From contig CAKOHR010000004.1 of assembly GCA_934085825.1 (NCBI GenBank), positions 33,308 through 97,307 of the forward strand: 64,000 bases of DNA, given 5' to 3'. Below are positions 50,994-61,899 of this stretch, piece after piece; the first letter of the stretch is position 1, and each line of letters opens with the position of its first letter. The DNA is from an uncultured Bacilli bacterium. Its GTDB lineage: Bacteria; Bacillota_I; Bacilli_A; RF39; UBA660. A program made the position numbers and the translations under genes. Under the pieces are notes generated by a model. It was not told the origin of the DNA, searched no databases, and saw nothing but the letters and a program-made list of their open reading frames with translations.

Positions 50994-51082
50994 ATATTTA
51001 TTATACTATAATTAACTAAGAAAAAAAACTATAAATTTTAAAAGTTTTCTCACTCAAAAAAAAGAGTTCATTTTCTGAACCC

Positions 51083-52687
51083 TTAGATATAAGTTACTAC
51101 TGTAAATAATACTAGTAGTATAATGATCATACCAACTACGTATAACCAAATATATTTGAACCAATCTTTGTAACTTATCTTCATCATTGAAAGACCTATG
51201 ACAAGGATTGCACTTGTTGGTACGAATATTTGAACAATACCATACATTGATGTAAATATTGTATGAACAATTTCAATATTGTCAGCATAAACAGAGCTTA
51301 AGAAACTTCCAATTGTATAAGCAACATATCCAAAGTCATTATGGAATATTGAAGTTATAAATGCTACGATTGAAGTTAAATATGGATTAAATCCTTCGAC
51401 AAGATTTAAAATCCAATTAAATACGGAATTAAGTGGTGAACCAGATATATAACTTGCTGCAAAAATCATATTTGCAAATAACAAGAATAATAATGGTTTA
51501 AACATTTTCTTAGTTCCTTCATAGAAACTTTCAACGTATTTATCAAAACTCATCTTATATAAGAATGCAAGTATTCCACTGGCAAGTAGTAACACAATTA
51601 ATATGTTAAATACATATTGGAAATTACCTAAGGCATTAGTGTTAGCACCTAAAATATATTGAATAATATAAAATTCTTTGCCAGCTTCTAATCCTGTTAA
51701 CCATTCATGGAATTTATCAAAGGCTTCAATACCAAAAATAGTATTCCAATTGATATAACCAAGAACTGTAATTATAACTGATATTGCTAAAACTATGATG
51801 GCAGGTAACATTTTTGTTTTACTTTTGTTAGATGCTTTTCCAACTTCAAATATGTCATTTTCTTTAGTAGCTGATTTTACATTTTTCTTCATAGTATCAG
51901 CAATTTTACGAACACGCATAGCAATAAAGAAGTTGTATAGAACTATAGCAACTGCAGCAATCATATAACGATAATTCAAGCCTAGTTCAATATCTTGTCC
52001 TAAATAATTGTTAAAGGCTGTTATACTGTCTGTTCCATAAGTACATCCAAGAACACCAACTAAAGCACTACCGAATGTTATAGTAAATACAGTTAATTTG
52101 TCCATACCCATTTTTGTTAAAATAGTTACAAAGAATGGGATGAATAGCAATACTATAAATGTTTGTGAGAATAATGATGTAAATACAAATAATATTACAC
52201 TTATTATTACACTTGTAACAATTGGATGTTTGCTAAATTTATTAGCTAAACTATCAGTTAATTTTTGATATCCACTTATATTAGATAGAACGCCATAAAA
52301 ACCACATAATACAAGTAGTAATGGAACTTTATCCATCATGAAATATACTGAATAATATAGCATAAAACCAATATCAGTTAGCCCTATACGAGTAAAGTTC
52401 TTATCAACAAAATCTGAACCTTGGAACATACCACTTGTAAATAACCATGAAGCTAAAATTCCTGCTATTACAAAAACTAAAATACTTTTGGCTAGTGTAT
52501 GTTTTTCACTCTTAAGTGCAATCATCATACTTCCAACAATAAATAGAACCATTCCTATAACTTTTAATATCATGTCAGGGTTAGTTCCATCAACAAATGC
52601 TGCAACTATAAATAATATAAATGCAACAATGTCCATTAAAGCACCTATACATCTTAATACGCCTTGTTTTTCAAATATTTTTTTCAT
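51083..52687 (-). CDS. Polytopic membrane protein, putative transporter (YfcC/AbgT/NhaC-like superfamily, uncertain)
   Basis: 534 aa, ~12-14 predicted TM segments. Confidence 0.55.
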   Translation of the reverse strand: MKKIFEKQGVLRCIGALMDIVAFILFIVAAFVDGTNPDMILKVIGMVLFIVGSMMIALKSEKHTLAKSILVFVIAGILASWLFTSGMFQGSDFVDKNFTRIGLTDIGFMLYYSVYFMMDKVPLLLVLCGFYGVLSNISGYQKLTDSLANKFSKHPIVTSVIISVILFVFTSLFSQTFIVLLFIPFFVTILTKMGMDKLTVFTITFGSALVGVLGCTYGTDSITAFNNYLGQDIELGLNYRYMIAAVAIVLYNFFIAMRVRKIADTMKKNVKSATKENDIFEVGKASNKSKTKMLPAIIVLAISVIITVLGYINWNTIFGIEAFDKFHEWLTGLEAGKEFYIIQYILGANTNALGNFQYVFNILIVLLLASGILAFLYKMSFDKYVESFYEGTKKMFKPLLFLLFANMIFAASYISGSPLNSVFNWILNLVEGFNPYLTSIVAFITSIFHNDFGYVAYTIGSFLSSVYADNIEIVHTIFTSMYGIVQIFVPTSAILVIGLSMMKISYKDWFKYIWLYVVGMIIILLVLFTVVTYI

Positions 52688-52760
52688 TCTCTACCTCCTT
52701 AATAAAATTATAACACCCAAATAAAAGAAAAAAAAGTATTTTCATACTTTTTTCACATAT

Positions 52761-53723
52761 TTATCTCCTAAAACTTAAATATTGAGGAATTTTTTCATCT
52801 AATTCCCTGGCATTAAAAATTACCTTAAATAAATTGTATGCTATTTTTTGATTGGAATTCTTTTTTAAAGCTTGCATTAAAATATCACTATTATCTTTAA
52901 GGCTTTTTACGCATTCTATGGGGGCTAAAGCAAAAGCAGCTCTTAAAATACAACTATCAAAAATAATTTTACTTAAAAAAGTTTTATCATGATAAATGTT
53001 ATCTTGTATTTTTTCTATTTCCTCTCCTATTATTACGAATAAACTTATAGTTTCTGATTGTTTAATCATATCGGTATATGATATTTCTGATTCATCAAGT
53101 ATATATAGACCACTTGATATGTAAGGACTTAAATTTACTTCAAAATTATTACTCATTAGTTCTTTTTCAATTGTTGGCATTACCAGTGCCATTTTATATT
53201 TGTTTTTTATCTTTTCATTTGATTCTATTAAGTATTTATTTTGTTCAAAAATACTTAAAGCAACTTTCATAATATCTGTGTACATTTCTAATATGTATAA
53301 AGAACTAGGAAAATCCTCTTTGGATGCTTTTTCATTGTTTATAGCAATTTTAACAGCGTGAATATCATTGGATACTCTTGTTTTTATCATATCATTTTCT
53401 TCATCTTTGGCAGTTGAGTGTATACCTACAGTTAAATTGTATTTTTCTTCATCTTTGGCAGTTAAGTGTATACCTACAGTTAAATTGTATTTTTCTTCCA
53501 CATAGTCTATTATCTCATTAATTTTACCAGATAATTTTAATCTTTTTAAAATATTTGTTTCTATTAATTTATTATCTTCTAAATTTTTTAATTCTACGTT
53601 GTACTCATTACTGTTTTTTAAATTGTTAATTTCTAAACGTGATAAATTTTCGTAATTTTTATATATATTACTTGCTACATTCATTAACATTTCTACATCA
53701 TAAATAATTTCTTTACTTATCAT
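52761..53723 (-). CDS. Hypothetical protein, paralog of the next gene; contains in-frame 48-nt tandem duplication
   Basis: Weak similarity to 53742-54767 product (EKYNLTVGIH vs EKYNLPISLY and surrounding). Confidence 0.5.
   Translation of the reverse strand: MISKEIIYDVEMLMNVASNIYKNYENLSRLEINNLKNSNEYNVELKNLEDNKLIETNILKRLKLSGKINEIIDYVEEKYNLTVGIHLTAKDEEKYNLTVGIHSTAKDEENDMIKTRVSNDIHAVKIAINNEKASKEDFPSSLYILEMYTDIMKVALSIFEQNKYLIESNEKIKNKYKMALVMPTIEKELMSNNFEVNLSPYISSGLYILDESEISYTDMIKQSETISLFVIIGEEIEKIQDNIYHDKTFLSKIIFDSCILRAAFALAPIECVKSLKDNSDILMQALKKNSNQKIAYNLFKVIFNARELDEKIPQYLSFRR
53397..53492. repeat. In-frame 48-nt tandem duplication (EEKYNLTVGIHLTAKD / EEKYNLTVGIHSTAKD)
   Basis: Two adjacent 48-nt units differing at one base. 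Confidence 0.8.
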
Positions 53724-53741
53724 AATTAAATATTCCTTTCC

Positions 53742-54767
53742 TTATCTTATTAAACTTACATGTTTGGGAAGTGTTCGATCATCATCTGTTTTTTCTATTA
53801 AAGATTCTATTTTATTGATCATGTATTTAGCATCATCACAATTTTCTAGTGAATCAGTTAGATCAGTTAGAAGCGCTAATAAAAATTCTTTGTTAAATTT
53901 TAAATTTTCAGGTAAATTATAATCGCCTTCGCCATTTAGAAAATCACTTATTTTATTAATTACAATATTTGACGTTGTTTGATCAAACATTGCTAAACAG
54001 GCTCTAATACTGGATTGTAAAAATAAAGATTTCTTTTTATCTTCAGAATCATCTATTGAAAATAAATTTTGTAAATAAACATTTAAAGTTTCAATTAGAA
54101 GATTGTTAGTTAAATACTCTCCTCTTTCTTTTAATTTAGGACTATATAAAAGTACATCTCTAACTAAATAAGGATTTTCATTGATTGTGAAATTACTATA
54201 TAAAAGTTCACTTTCAATATCAGCAAGTGTAAATGATAAATTGTATTTTAACTTAATAGCTTCTTCTATATTATTTTCTGCTAATAAACTTATTGTTAAT
54301 CGAAGTAAATCTAAATGAATATTTAATTGGTATAAATAACTTGAAAATTCATATCCTTCATAGACTTCGTCTGGTAACATTTTATATAAATCTATATAAA
54401 TTTGATTCATAATTCTAGTTTGTTTTAGTTTGTCTCTTTCGGCAAATGGACTAACATATAAAGAAATTGGTAGGTTGTATTTTTCACTAAAGTGTCTATA
54501 AACATCCTCAATATGGACTGGATTTAGCAAAAAATCTAAGTGTTTTCCTTCTATTTTCAAAGCAGATTTCACTAATTTTATACCTTCTTCATATTCTTTT
54601 GTATTATTTTTACTTTGTATTTCTAAATTACATAAGCAATTATAAACATTATATAAATTTTCTACATCACTTTCTAATTCTTCCATAATTTTGATAATTT
54701 CATTATTAAGCATATTTATCCCCCTTAAATTGGCATCTATTCTACCATAATAAAAGATTAAAGTCAA
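53742..54767 (-). CDS. Hypothetical protein, paralog of 52761-53723
   Basis: ORF; similar architecture. Confidence 0.5.
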   Translation of the reverse strand: MTLIFYYGRIDANLRGINMLNNEIIKIMEELESDVENLYNVYNCLCNLEIQSKNNTKEYEEGIKLVKSALKIEGKHLDFLLNPVHIEDVYRHFSEKYNLPISLYVSPFAERDKLKQTRIMNQIYIDLYKMLPDEVYEGYEFSSYLYQLNIHLDLLRLTISLLAENNIEEAIKLKYNLSFTLADIESELLYSNFTINENPYLVRDVLLYSPKLKERGEYLTNNLLIETLNVYLQNLFSIDDSEDKKKSLFLQSSIRACLAMFDQTTSNIVINKISDFLNGEGDYNLPENLKFNKEFLLALLTDLTDSLENCDDAKYMINKIESLIEKTDDDRTLPKHVSLIR

Positions 54768-54772
54768 ACACT

Positions 54773-56257
54773 TTAATCTCTTGGTTTCATTGTTGGGAAT
54801 AATATTACTTCGCGAATTGTTTCTTGTTCTGTGAAAAACATTACAAGTCTATCAATACCATAACCGATGCCTCCAGCTGGTGGCATTCCATATTCTAAAG
54901 CTTCAATGAAGTCCATATCTATATCATTGGCTTCATCATTTCCTAAATCTCTTTCTTTTAATTGTTCTTCAAATCTTTCTAATTGATCAATTGGATCATT
55001 TAATTCTGTATAGGCATTGGCAAATTCTTTTCCTCCAATAAATAATTCAAATCTATCAACAAATCTTGGATCTTTTGGATTTTTCTTGGTAAGTGGTGAT
55101 ATTTCTACTGGATGGCCATATAAGAATGTTGGCTCTATTAATGTTTCTTCAACATATTTTTCAAAAAATAAGTTAATTATGTGCCCAACATTTTTTTCAT
55201 GATCTGCTACTTCAATTTTGTGTTCTTCTGCAAGTTTTAGAGCTTCATCTACTGTCATTTCTTTTGAAAAGTCAATTCCAATTTTTTCTTTTATTGCATC
55301 AACCATAGAAATTCTTTTCCAAGGTCCTTCAAGGCTAATTTCATTTCCGCCCCAGTTATATGTCATTTTGCCTATTACTTCTCTAGCTATCTTCGTAAAC
55401 ATAGCTTCAGTCATATCCATCATGCCTTCAAGATTGCTATAAGCAAGGTAGGCTTCCATTAAAGTAAATTCTGGATTATGTTTTGTATCCATTCCTTCGT
55501 TTCTAAATACTCTACCTATTTCATATACGGCTTCCATCCCTCCTACTAAAAGTCTTTTTAGTGGAAGCTCTAGTGCAATGCGTAAATACATATCTATGTC
55601 TTGTGTATTATGATGGGTTACAAACGGTCTTGCGCTAGCTCCAGTTAAAAGTGTTGTTAAAACTGGTGTTTCAACTTCTGTAAATCCACGACCATCCATA
55701 AAGTTTTGAATGCATCTAATAATTTTAGGTCTAGTAAAAGCTACATTTCTAGCATCTTCATTCATTATTAAATCAACGTATCTACGACGATATCTTTCTT
55801 CAGTATCTGTTAGGCCATGGAATTTTTCTGGAAGTGGTGTTAAAGCTTTAACTAAATGTGTATATTCTAGGCATTTAATTGTTACTTCTCCAGTTCTTGT
55901 TTTCATAATCTTTCCATGTACACCAACTATATCCCCTAAATCAGCTGATTTAAATAGGTTATAAACTTCTTCTCCAACATCGTTTATTGATATATATATT
56001 TGAATACTTCCTGTTTTGTCTTGAATTGTAAAAAATGACGCTTTTCCCATTTTTCTTATAAACATTATACGTCCTGCAACTGTTGCAGTATCTTCCATAT
56101 TTTCAAAGTCATCATGAGGAACATCAATATATTTTTCTTTTAAATCCTTCGAATAAGCATTTCTTTCAAATCTATGTCCAAATGGATCTATTCCCATTTC
56201 ACGAATTTTTTCAGCTTTTTCTCTTCTAACTAATTGTTGTTCTGTTAATTCTATCAT
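54773..56257 (-). CDS. lysS: Lysyl-tRNA synthetase (class II)
   Basis: 494 aa with OB-fold N-domain and class II catalytic core motifs. Confidence 0.9.
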   Translation of the reverse strand: MIELTEQQLVRREKAEKIREMGIDPFGHRFERNAYSKDLKEKYIDVPHDDFENMEDTATVAGRIMFIRKMGKASFFTIQDKTGSIQIYISINDVGEEVYNLFKSADLGDIVGVHGKIMKTRTGEVTIKCLEYTHLVKALTPLPEKFHGLTDTEERYRRRYVDLIMNEDARNVAFTRPKIIRCIQNFMDGRGFTEVETPVLTTLLTGASARPFVTHHNTQDIDMYLRIALELPLKRLLVGGMEAVYEIGRVFRNEGMDTKHNPEFTLMEAYLAYSNLEGMMDMTEAMFTKIAREVIGKMTYNWGGNEISLEGPWKRISMVDAIKEKIGIDFSKEMTVDEALKLAEEHKIEVADHEKNVGHIINLFFEKYVEETLIEPTFLYGHPVEISPLTKKNPKDPRFVDRFELFIGGKEFANAYTELNDPIDQLERFEEQLKERDLGNDEANDIDMDFIEALEYGMPPAGGIGYGIDRLVMFFTEQETIREVILFPTMKPRD

Positions 56258-56327
56258 ATTTTATCCTCCATCTGGTGTTATTTTAACACAAAAAAACAAT
56301 CTTGCAAACAAGATTGTTAAAAATTTG

Positions 56328-56885
56328 TTATATTTTATACATTTTTTTATTTTTCTTAGTTACGCTATAAATTACTCCAGCTCCTATAACTCCACAACCA
56401 ATAATTGCAATTGGAAGTGCAGCTCCTGTTTTAGTTTCAGTAGTAGTTTCAATAGTTACTGTTACTTCGTTACCTACAGATGGATTAGTTAATTTCAAAC
56501 TACAATCAGCTGCTGATGATTCAAGTTCCAAAGTTATTGTTGCTAATGTAAAGTTTGATTCTGTTACACCGTCAGTTGATACAAAGTTGATTGGAATAGT
56601 TGAATTTGCAAGATCTGAATCAGTTGGAGATACTTTTGTCCATCCATCGCCAGGAGTAAAACTTGTTATTGTTGCACCTTCCCCAACAACTACAAGATTT
56701 GCTTGAAATGTTGTCATTGTTGCATTGTTGTCTTTTACTGAAATAGTACATGTTGATGTACACTTTCCTTCACTAGTTGGACAACTTTTAGAACACTTAT
56801 TATCCAAACTTGTTGCACTAACGCCCATAGGCATAATAACTATAGCCATAACTAATGCTATAAATCTAATAAATTTTTTCACCAC
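56328..56885 (-). CDS. Small Cys-rich cell-surface protein with C-terminal sortase sorting signal (TETKTG + TM + KKNKK)
   Basis: Signal peptide, ...TETKTGAALPIAIIGCGVIGAGVIYSVTKKNKKMYKI; terminator CAATCTTGTTTGCAAGATTG+U downstream. Confidence 0.6.
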   Translation of the reverse strand: MVKKFIRFIALVMAIVIMPMGVSATSLDNKCSKSCPTSEGKCTSTCTISVKDNNATMTTFQANLVVVGEGATITSFTPGDGWTKVSPTDSDLANSTIPINFVSTDGVTESNFTLATITLELESSAADCSLKLTNPSVGNEVTVTIETTTETKTGAALPIAIIGCGVIGAGVIYSVTKKNKKMYKI

Positions 56886-57014
56886 TATATCTCTCCTTAT
56901 CTTTAGTATGTCTAAATTATATCATAAAAATACAAAAAACAACATATTTTTTACAAAATTATATTAAAAAATGTAAAATTGTGTTATTATAATAAAGTAA
57001 TAGGATTTGAGAAT

Positions 57015-58595
57015 ATGAAAAAATTATTGTTTAAAATTAAAGATAATGCTTTAGTTATTAAAGAAAAGGTAAGATTAAGTAATACAAATAAAAATTTACT
57101 TAATACTAATGTAATTAGTTCTGATGAACTAATATTTTCTCTTGATTATTTAAATAATAATATTAAAATTACTTCAACGTTTATAAAAGAATTAACTAAT
57201 GATTATAATATTGATACATTGATTGTTGAAAAAATGGAATTTGTAGAAACACTACTTAATATATTAAAAAATAATACCAATATTATAAATATGGTAATTA
57301 AAGAAGATGTTCAGCTAACTTTTAAACTTTGTGAACTTATAGTTAAAACTAGTATTAAGAACGTTGATTGTTATAATTTACAACCTTTTATGATTGAATA
57401 TTTGGATAAATATAACGTCTTGGTAGAGTCAAGAAATGAAATTCTCTATTTATCTAATTTCATGATTCAAAATAATTTGAGTGTTTTTTCAAGTATGTTT
57501 TATAAAATGACTACTCAAATTGATCTACCTATGTCTCATCAAGATGAAGAAGATTTTGAAGCTTTTATAAAAATTAATAAATATTTAAAAACAATTAATG
57601 TTAATTATGTAAATAAAAATGACCTAGAATATATAATTGGTATTTTAAGAAAAAACAATAAGAAAAACATTAAAATTATTATTCATGATAATATTTCTAA
57701 TGAAGAAACAATTGATTACCTTAGAGAATTTAATAAAAGAAAAAGTAAACGTTATAAAATATATTTTAGACTTGAGTATAGTAATGAATATTTAAAAGAT
57801 AATCTTTTGAAACAAACTAATAATAGTATTTTAAAGACATGTGGTTATATTATTATTTTAATTATTTTGGTATTATTTATATATGTTTTTTATGATAATT
57901 ACCGATCAATGAAAAATGATGAAGATACTAAAGCCAGTATTAAAAAAATCATAAATTTAGAAGATACGGAAACTATTATTAACGATATGAATAAAGATGT
58001 AACAGATGATAATAATAAAGTTATTAATAAGGATGTTGCAAGTGTTTTCAAAAATATAAATCCTCAGACTGTTGGATGGCTTAAAGTACCAAATACAAAT
58101 ATTGATTATCCAGTAGTACAAGCAGATAATAATAGCTATTATCTAAATCATAACCTTTTTATGAAAGATGATAAAAATGGTTGGGTTTTTATGGATTTTC
58201 GAAGTGATGCTGTAAATTTAAGCGACAATGTTGTTATTTATGCACATAATAGATATTATAATGGTATAATGTTTGGAAATTTACAAAATATGATGAGATA
58301 TAATTGGTATAGTAATCCTGATAATCAGATAATTAGTTTTAAAACTTTAACTGAAACTTATGAATATCAAATATTTTCTCTTTATAAAATAGAAACAACA
58401 GTTGATTATCTTGACGTTATATTTCCGAATGCTGAAAGTAAAATGAAAATGTTTAATTTAGTAAAGAGTCGTAGTATTTATAATTTTAATGTTGATTTAA
58501 ATGAAAATGATAAAATAATCACTCTTTCTACTTGTGCAGATGAAAATAATAAGTATGTTGTTCATGCTGTTCTTAAACAAACGAAAACTAGCTAG
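57015..58595 (+). CDS. srtB: Class B sortase with ~290-aa N-terminal cytoplasmic extension and single TM
   Basis: C-terminal domain VGWLKVPNTNIDYPVVQADNNSYYL...NVVIYAHNRYYNGIMFGNL...IITLSTCADENNKYVVHAVL; TM ILKTCGYIIILIILVLFIYVF; track ORF begins 56979. Confidence 0.75.
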   Translation: MKKLLFKIKDNALVIKEKVRLSNTNKNLLNTNVISSDELIFSLDYLNNNIKITSTFIKELTNDYNIDTLIVEKMEFVETLLNILKNNTNIINMVIKEDVQLTFKLCELIVKTSIKNVDCYNLQPFMIEYLDKYNVLVESRNEILYLSNFMIQNNLSVFSSMFYKMTTQIDLPMSHQDEEDFEAFIKINKYLKTINVNYVNKNDLEYIIGILRKNNKKNIKIIIHDNISNEETIDYLREFNKRKSKRYKIYFRLEYSNEYLKDNLLKQTNNSILKTCGYIIILIILVLFIYVFYDNYRSMKNDEDTKASIKKIINLEDTETIINDMNKDVTDDNNKVINKDVASVFKNINPQTVGWLKVPNTNIDYPVVQADNNSYYLNHNLFMKDDKNGWVFMDFRSDAVNLSDNVVIYAHNRYYNGIMFGNLQNMMRYNWYSNPDNQIISFKTLTETYEYQIFSLYKIETTVDYLDVIFPNAESKMKMFNLVKSRSIYNFNVDLNENDKIITLSTCADENNKYVVHAVLKQTKTS

Positions 58596-58596
58596 A

Positions 58597-59631
58597 TTAA
58601 TTAAACCTGCTAGTTTTTTTTATTCTGTTATAAACAAATTCTTCAGTATCGTAATAAGGATTTAATCTTCTAAGTAATGTTATATTACCATTTTTTTTGA
58701 AATTATCTCTTTTATCTTCAAGTTCAAATTCTTCTAAATTACCGTTGCTTTCAATAAATATATTTATTATTTTAAGACCAAATTCACTTTTATTTAAAAA
58801 TTTATTACGTAATTCATAAATGTCACAGCGTTCAAAATATGGAAGTAAATCAAAATATTTAGCAAATTCACTATTTTCTTTGTTCTTTTCAATTATTAAT
58901 AGTTCATAAACATTTGACATTATATAACTTAAAAATAAAGTCATTTGAGTTTCATTATTTCTAAATTGTTCCTTTATATTTTCAACTATTAGAGTATACT
59001 CATATATATCTTTTGTTTCATGGTTTTCTTTTTTCCCATCTTTATTTTCTAGAGCATCAGATAAAGATTTATAGTAAATGTCAAAGAAAATTTGAATATA
59101 CTTTTCTGATTCTATTAATTTATCATCTGGTATATAATCCCATATATCTAGAATTTCCAAAGGATTTATTTTTAGTAAATTCTTTAATTTATTATTTTCA
59201 ATGATTGCTTCCTTAGCTTTAGATTTAAATATGTATGGTCTTTCTGTGTATGTTAAAAAATCTTCAATAATATCATCTGTTGTAGATGTTGGTCTATAAA
59301 ACATATCTATTATCTCATTTTTATCTGAGTTTTCTAATTCTTTAAGTGTATTTTCACAGTATGAAATATTTATTTTATGCTGATACTCATAATGGTTTAA
59401 TATATAAGCCTTACTTGCTATTATAAACATCATTATTTTTTTACAAACATTTATGTCTATGTTGCTTTGTTTTAAATGTTTTTGCCATTCATTATTAAAC
59501 ATGCTTTCTTTATTTGTTAACACATCTGTAATAATTGCTTTTATAATTTTTACATTATTTGTATATTTGTTATTGATGCTGTATAAGAAAAATATAAATG
59601 AATCGTAACTTATGTTATATAAATTTTGCAT
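58597..59631 (-). CDS. Hypothetical cytoplasmic protein
   Basis: ORF only. Confidence 0.4.
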   Translation of the reverse strand: MQNLYNISYDSFIFFLYSINNKYTNNVKIIKAIITDVLTNKESMFNNEWQKHLKQSNIDINVCKKIMMFIIASKAYILNHYEYQHKINISYCENTLKELENSDKNEIIDMFYRPTSTTDDIIEDFLTYTERPYIFKSKAKEAIIENNKLKNLLKINPLEILDIWDYIPDDKLIESEKYIQIFFDIYYKSLSDALENKDGKKENHETKDIYEYTLIVENIKEQFRNNETQMTLFLSYIMSNVYELLIIEKNKENSEFAKYFDLLPYFERCDIYELRNKFLNKSEFGLKIINIFIESNGNLEEFELEDKRDNFKKNGNITLLRRLNPYYDTEEFVYNRIKKTSRFN

Positions 59632-59651
59632 AAATCCCCCATGCCCTTTAA

Positions 59652-60431
59652 CTAAATTTGTTTGGTGCTTTCATATCTGTAATGCCCATCTTCATAACAA
59701 AATTTATGTTCATATTTTTTTAATTTATCTTTATAATCTTTAATATTTAGGTTCTCACTATAAGTTATATTATTATTTATGCTCTCACTTTGTCCTTCAT
59801 TATCATAACATAATTTAGTTGTTTTGTTGCATTTTAAGAAGTATTCAATTATTTTGATTGATTCATTTCCATTTTCCACGGTATAGCTTTCTAATCCTTT
59901 AAAGTATACTATATTGGAATCATAACTATTATTTGCTTCATAAATATATATATAATTATAATCATCTTTTATTTTTGCACTCTTTGTTTCATCAATTTTA
60001 AAATCTATAATATAATAGTTCGTTTTTCCAAATATATATTCCACTGTTTTTAAAAAATATTCTTTATCAATTTTATAAAGAAGTTTATATTCTTCCCCTA
60101 CTAAATTTTCATCTTCTTTGGTTATGCTTTCAAATTTAAAATTGTCAGTTCTTTCAATGTAATTGTAGGCAATTAATGACATATCTGTATAGTTTATATT
60201 AGTGTTAGAAACATAGCTTCCCATATAAAATGTGGTATTATTATTTATATTTTTTTCAGGAAATAATTTGTATAGCTCATTAATTTCTGTTTCAGTAACT
60301 TCGGGGTATTCTGTTGTTATTTTTTTATCAAATTTGAATATTTTTGTAAATAAAAATACTATGAGTAATGCTGTTATAAATACAATAATATATAATACAG
60401 ATTTTTTTCCATTTTTCATTTTTATCACCAT
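59652..60431 (-). CDS. Hypothetical membrane-anchored/exported protein
   Basis: N-terminal TM VLYIIVFITALLIVFLF. Confidence 0.45.
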   Translation of the reverse strand: MVIKMKNGKKSVLYIIVFITALLIVFLFTKIFKFDKKITTEYPEVTETEINELYKLFPEKNINNNTTFYMGSYVSNTNINYTDMSLIAYNYIERTDNFKFESITKEDENLVGEEYKLLYKIDKEYFLKTVEYIFGKTNYYIIDFKIDETKSAKIKDDYNYIYIYEANNSYDSNIVYFKGLESYTVENGNESIKIIEYFLKCNKTTKLCYDNEGQSESINNNITYSENLNIKDYKDKLKKYEHKFCYEDGHYRYESTKQI

Positions 60432-60481
60432 TAAATTAATTTTATCATGAACAACTTATCATTACAAGAAAAAAAAGAAGA

Positions 60482-61834
60482 TTACTCTTCATTTTCTGTT
60501 TGAGTATAACTTCTTATAAATGATGGCGTATATCCTTTTGAATCTTTGTATATTGTTTGAATGTCTTGGTATGCAGTTGGAAATTCTCCGCCATTTTCTG
60601 TTTTTAAAGTATCTAAACTTAAATCAGTAGAAATTTCCAAAGTATATTTATTATCATTATATTTGGCTGTACCTGTTATACCATCAAATGTAATTGTACT
60701 TTCTTTATCTTTAACTACTTCATTATACGCTGCGGCACTTTCAAAAACGTACTTGTAATCACGACGTGCTACGCCTTGAAAAGCTAAAGTTTGATTTATT
60801 GGGAAAATATCACTTATAGTCTTTTTAGCTTTATAATCCGTCAAATTTTCTTCTACACTTGTAAAGTTAGCGAATAAAGAAATTGGATCTGGTGTTACAT
60901 ATAATGTAGCGGTATAATTTGCTGTATTTCCAGCGTCATCTTTGGCTTCAATAACTATATCATATGGTCCTCCAGCAGTAGCTAAATATTCTTTTAACTT
61001 AGTTTCATCAGCAAAACTAGTTTTACAATTTGATGGATCTGTACAACTTTTAACAAAGTCTTCTACTACTGTGGTACTATTTAATGATTTAAATACTACA
61101 TTTAAAGTTACTTCGGGAGCTGTTTTATCACTTACTATTACTTTAGTAGTAAAACTTTCCTTTCCACATACTATAGTGGCTTCATATTCGCCTATTGTTG
61201 ATGTATCAACATTTCTGGTATTGACACTGCAGGCACTGGCATCACCTTTATTTATTGTTGCATATTCTTTGATACCATCTGGTACTGATTCTCCTACACC
61301 TATACTTACAGTTTTAGGAGTAAGCTTTACCATATTATTACTAATACTTAAGAAATAATAAACACCAAATGCTACAGCCCCAATTAATACTATTATTAAT
61401 ATTACAAATAAAAATTTACTCATCGGCTTCTTTGGCTTTGTTTCATTATTTTGAGGTGGAACAATACCAATATTTTCCATTTTATTTGAATTTGTAAAGC
61501 CATTTATATTTCCGCTTGGTGTAAAACTATTATTAGCACCAACAGTATTACCAGTTAATGTTCCTTCTGTACCAGGTATTGGCCTTGCAACTGGTTCACT
61601 TGGTGTAACTGGGTCTAAACTTTCAACTGACGATGCCATATTTTGTGGATTATTAGGCATTTGCATCGGATTTGGTACACTATTTCCTACTACATTTGGT
61701 GTTGGTGTTGGATTTATATTATTTTGACCCATGTTAGGTACATTTTGAGCCATACCTAATGTAGTGGATCCTAAAGTTTCGCTATTTAGTCCATTATTTG
61801 TGCCATTATTTAAATTAGAATTTTGCCCATTCAT
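60482..61834 (-). CDS. Bitopic membrane protein: Asn/Pro/Gly-rich disordered cytoplasmic N-terminus, TM, extracellular beta-rich domain
   Basis: Low-complexity first ~140 aa, TM FLFVILIIVLIGAVAFGVYYF. Confidence 0.5.
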   Translation of the reverse strand: MNGQNSNLNNGTNNGLNSETLGSTTLGMAQNVPNMGQNNINPTPTPNVVGNSVPNPMQMPNNPQNMASSVESLDPVTPSEPVARPIPGTEGTLTGNTVGANNSFTPSGNINGFTNSNKMENIGIVPPQNNETKPKKPMSKFLFVILIIVLIGAVAFGVYYFLSISNNMVKLTPKTVSIGVGESVPDGIKEYATINKGDASACSVNTRNVDTSTIGEYEATIVCGKESFTTKVIVSDKTAPEVTLNVVFKSLNSTTVVEDFVKSCTDPSNCKTSFADETKLKEYLATAGGPYDIVIEAKDDAGNTANYTATLYVTPDPISLFANFTSVEENLTDYKAKKTISDIFPINQTLAFQGVARRDYKYVFESAAAYNEVVKDKESTITFDGITGTAKYNDNKYTLEISTDLSLDTLKTENGGEFPTAYQDIQTIYKDSKGYTPSFIRSYTQTENEE

Positions 61835-61899
61835 TTTATCAGCCCCTTATTTATTATATAAGTTATTATACATTGTTATATAGTTTTTTTCAAGTATTT

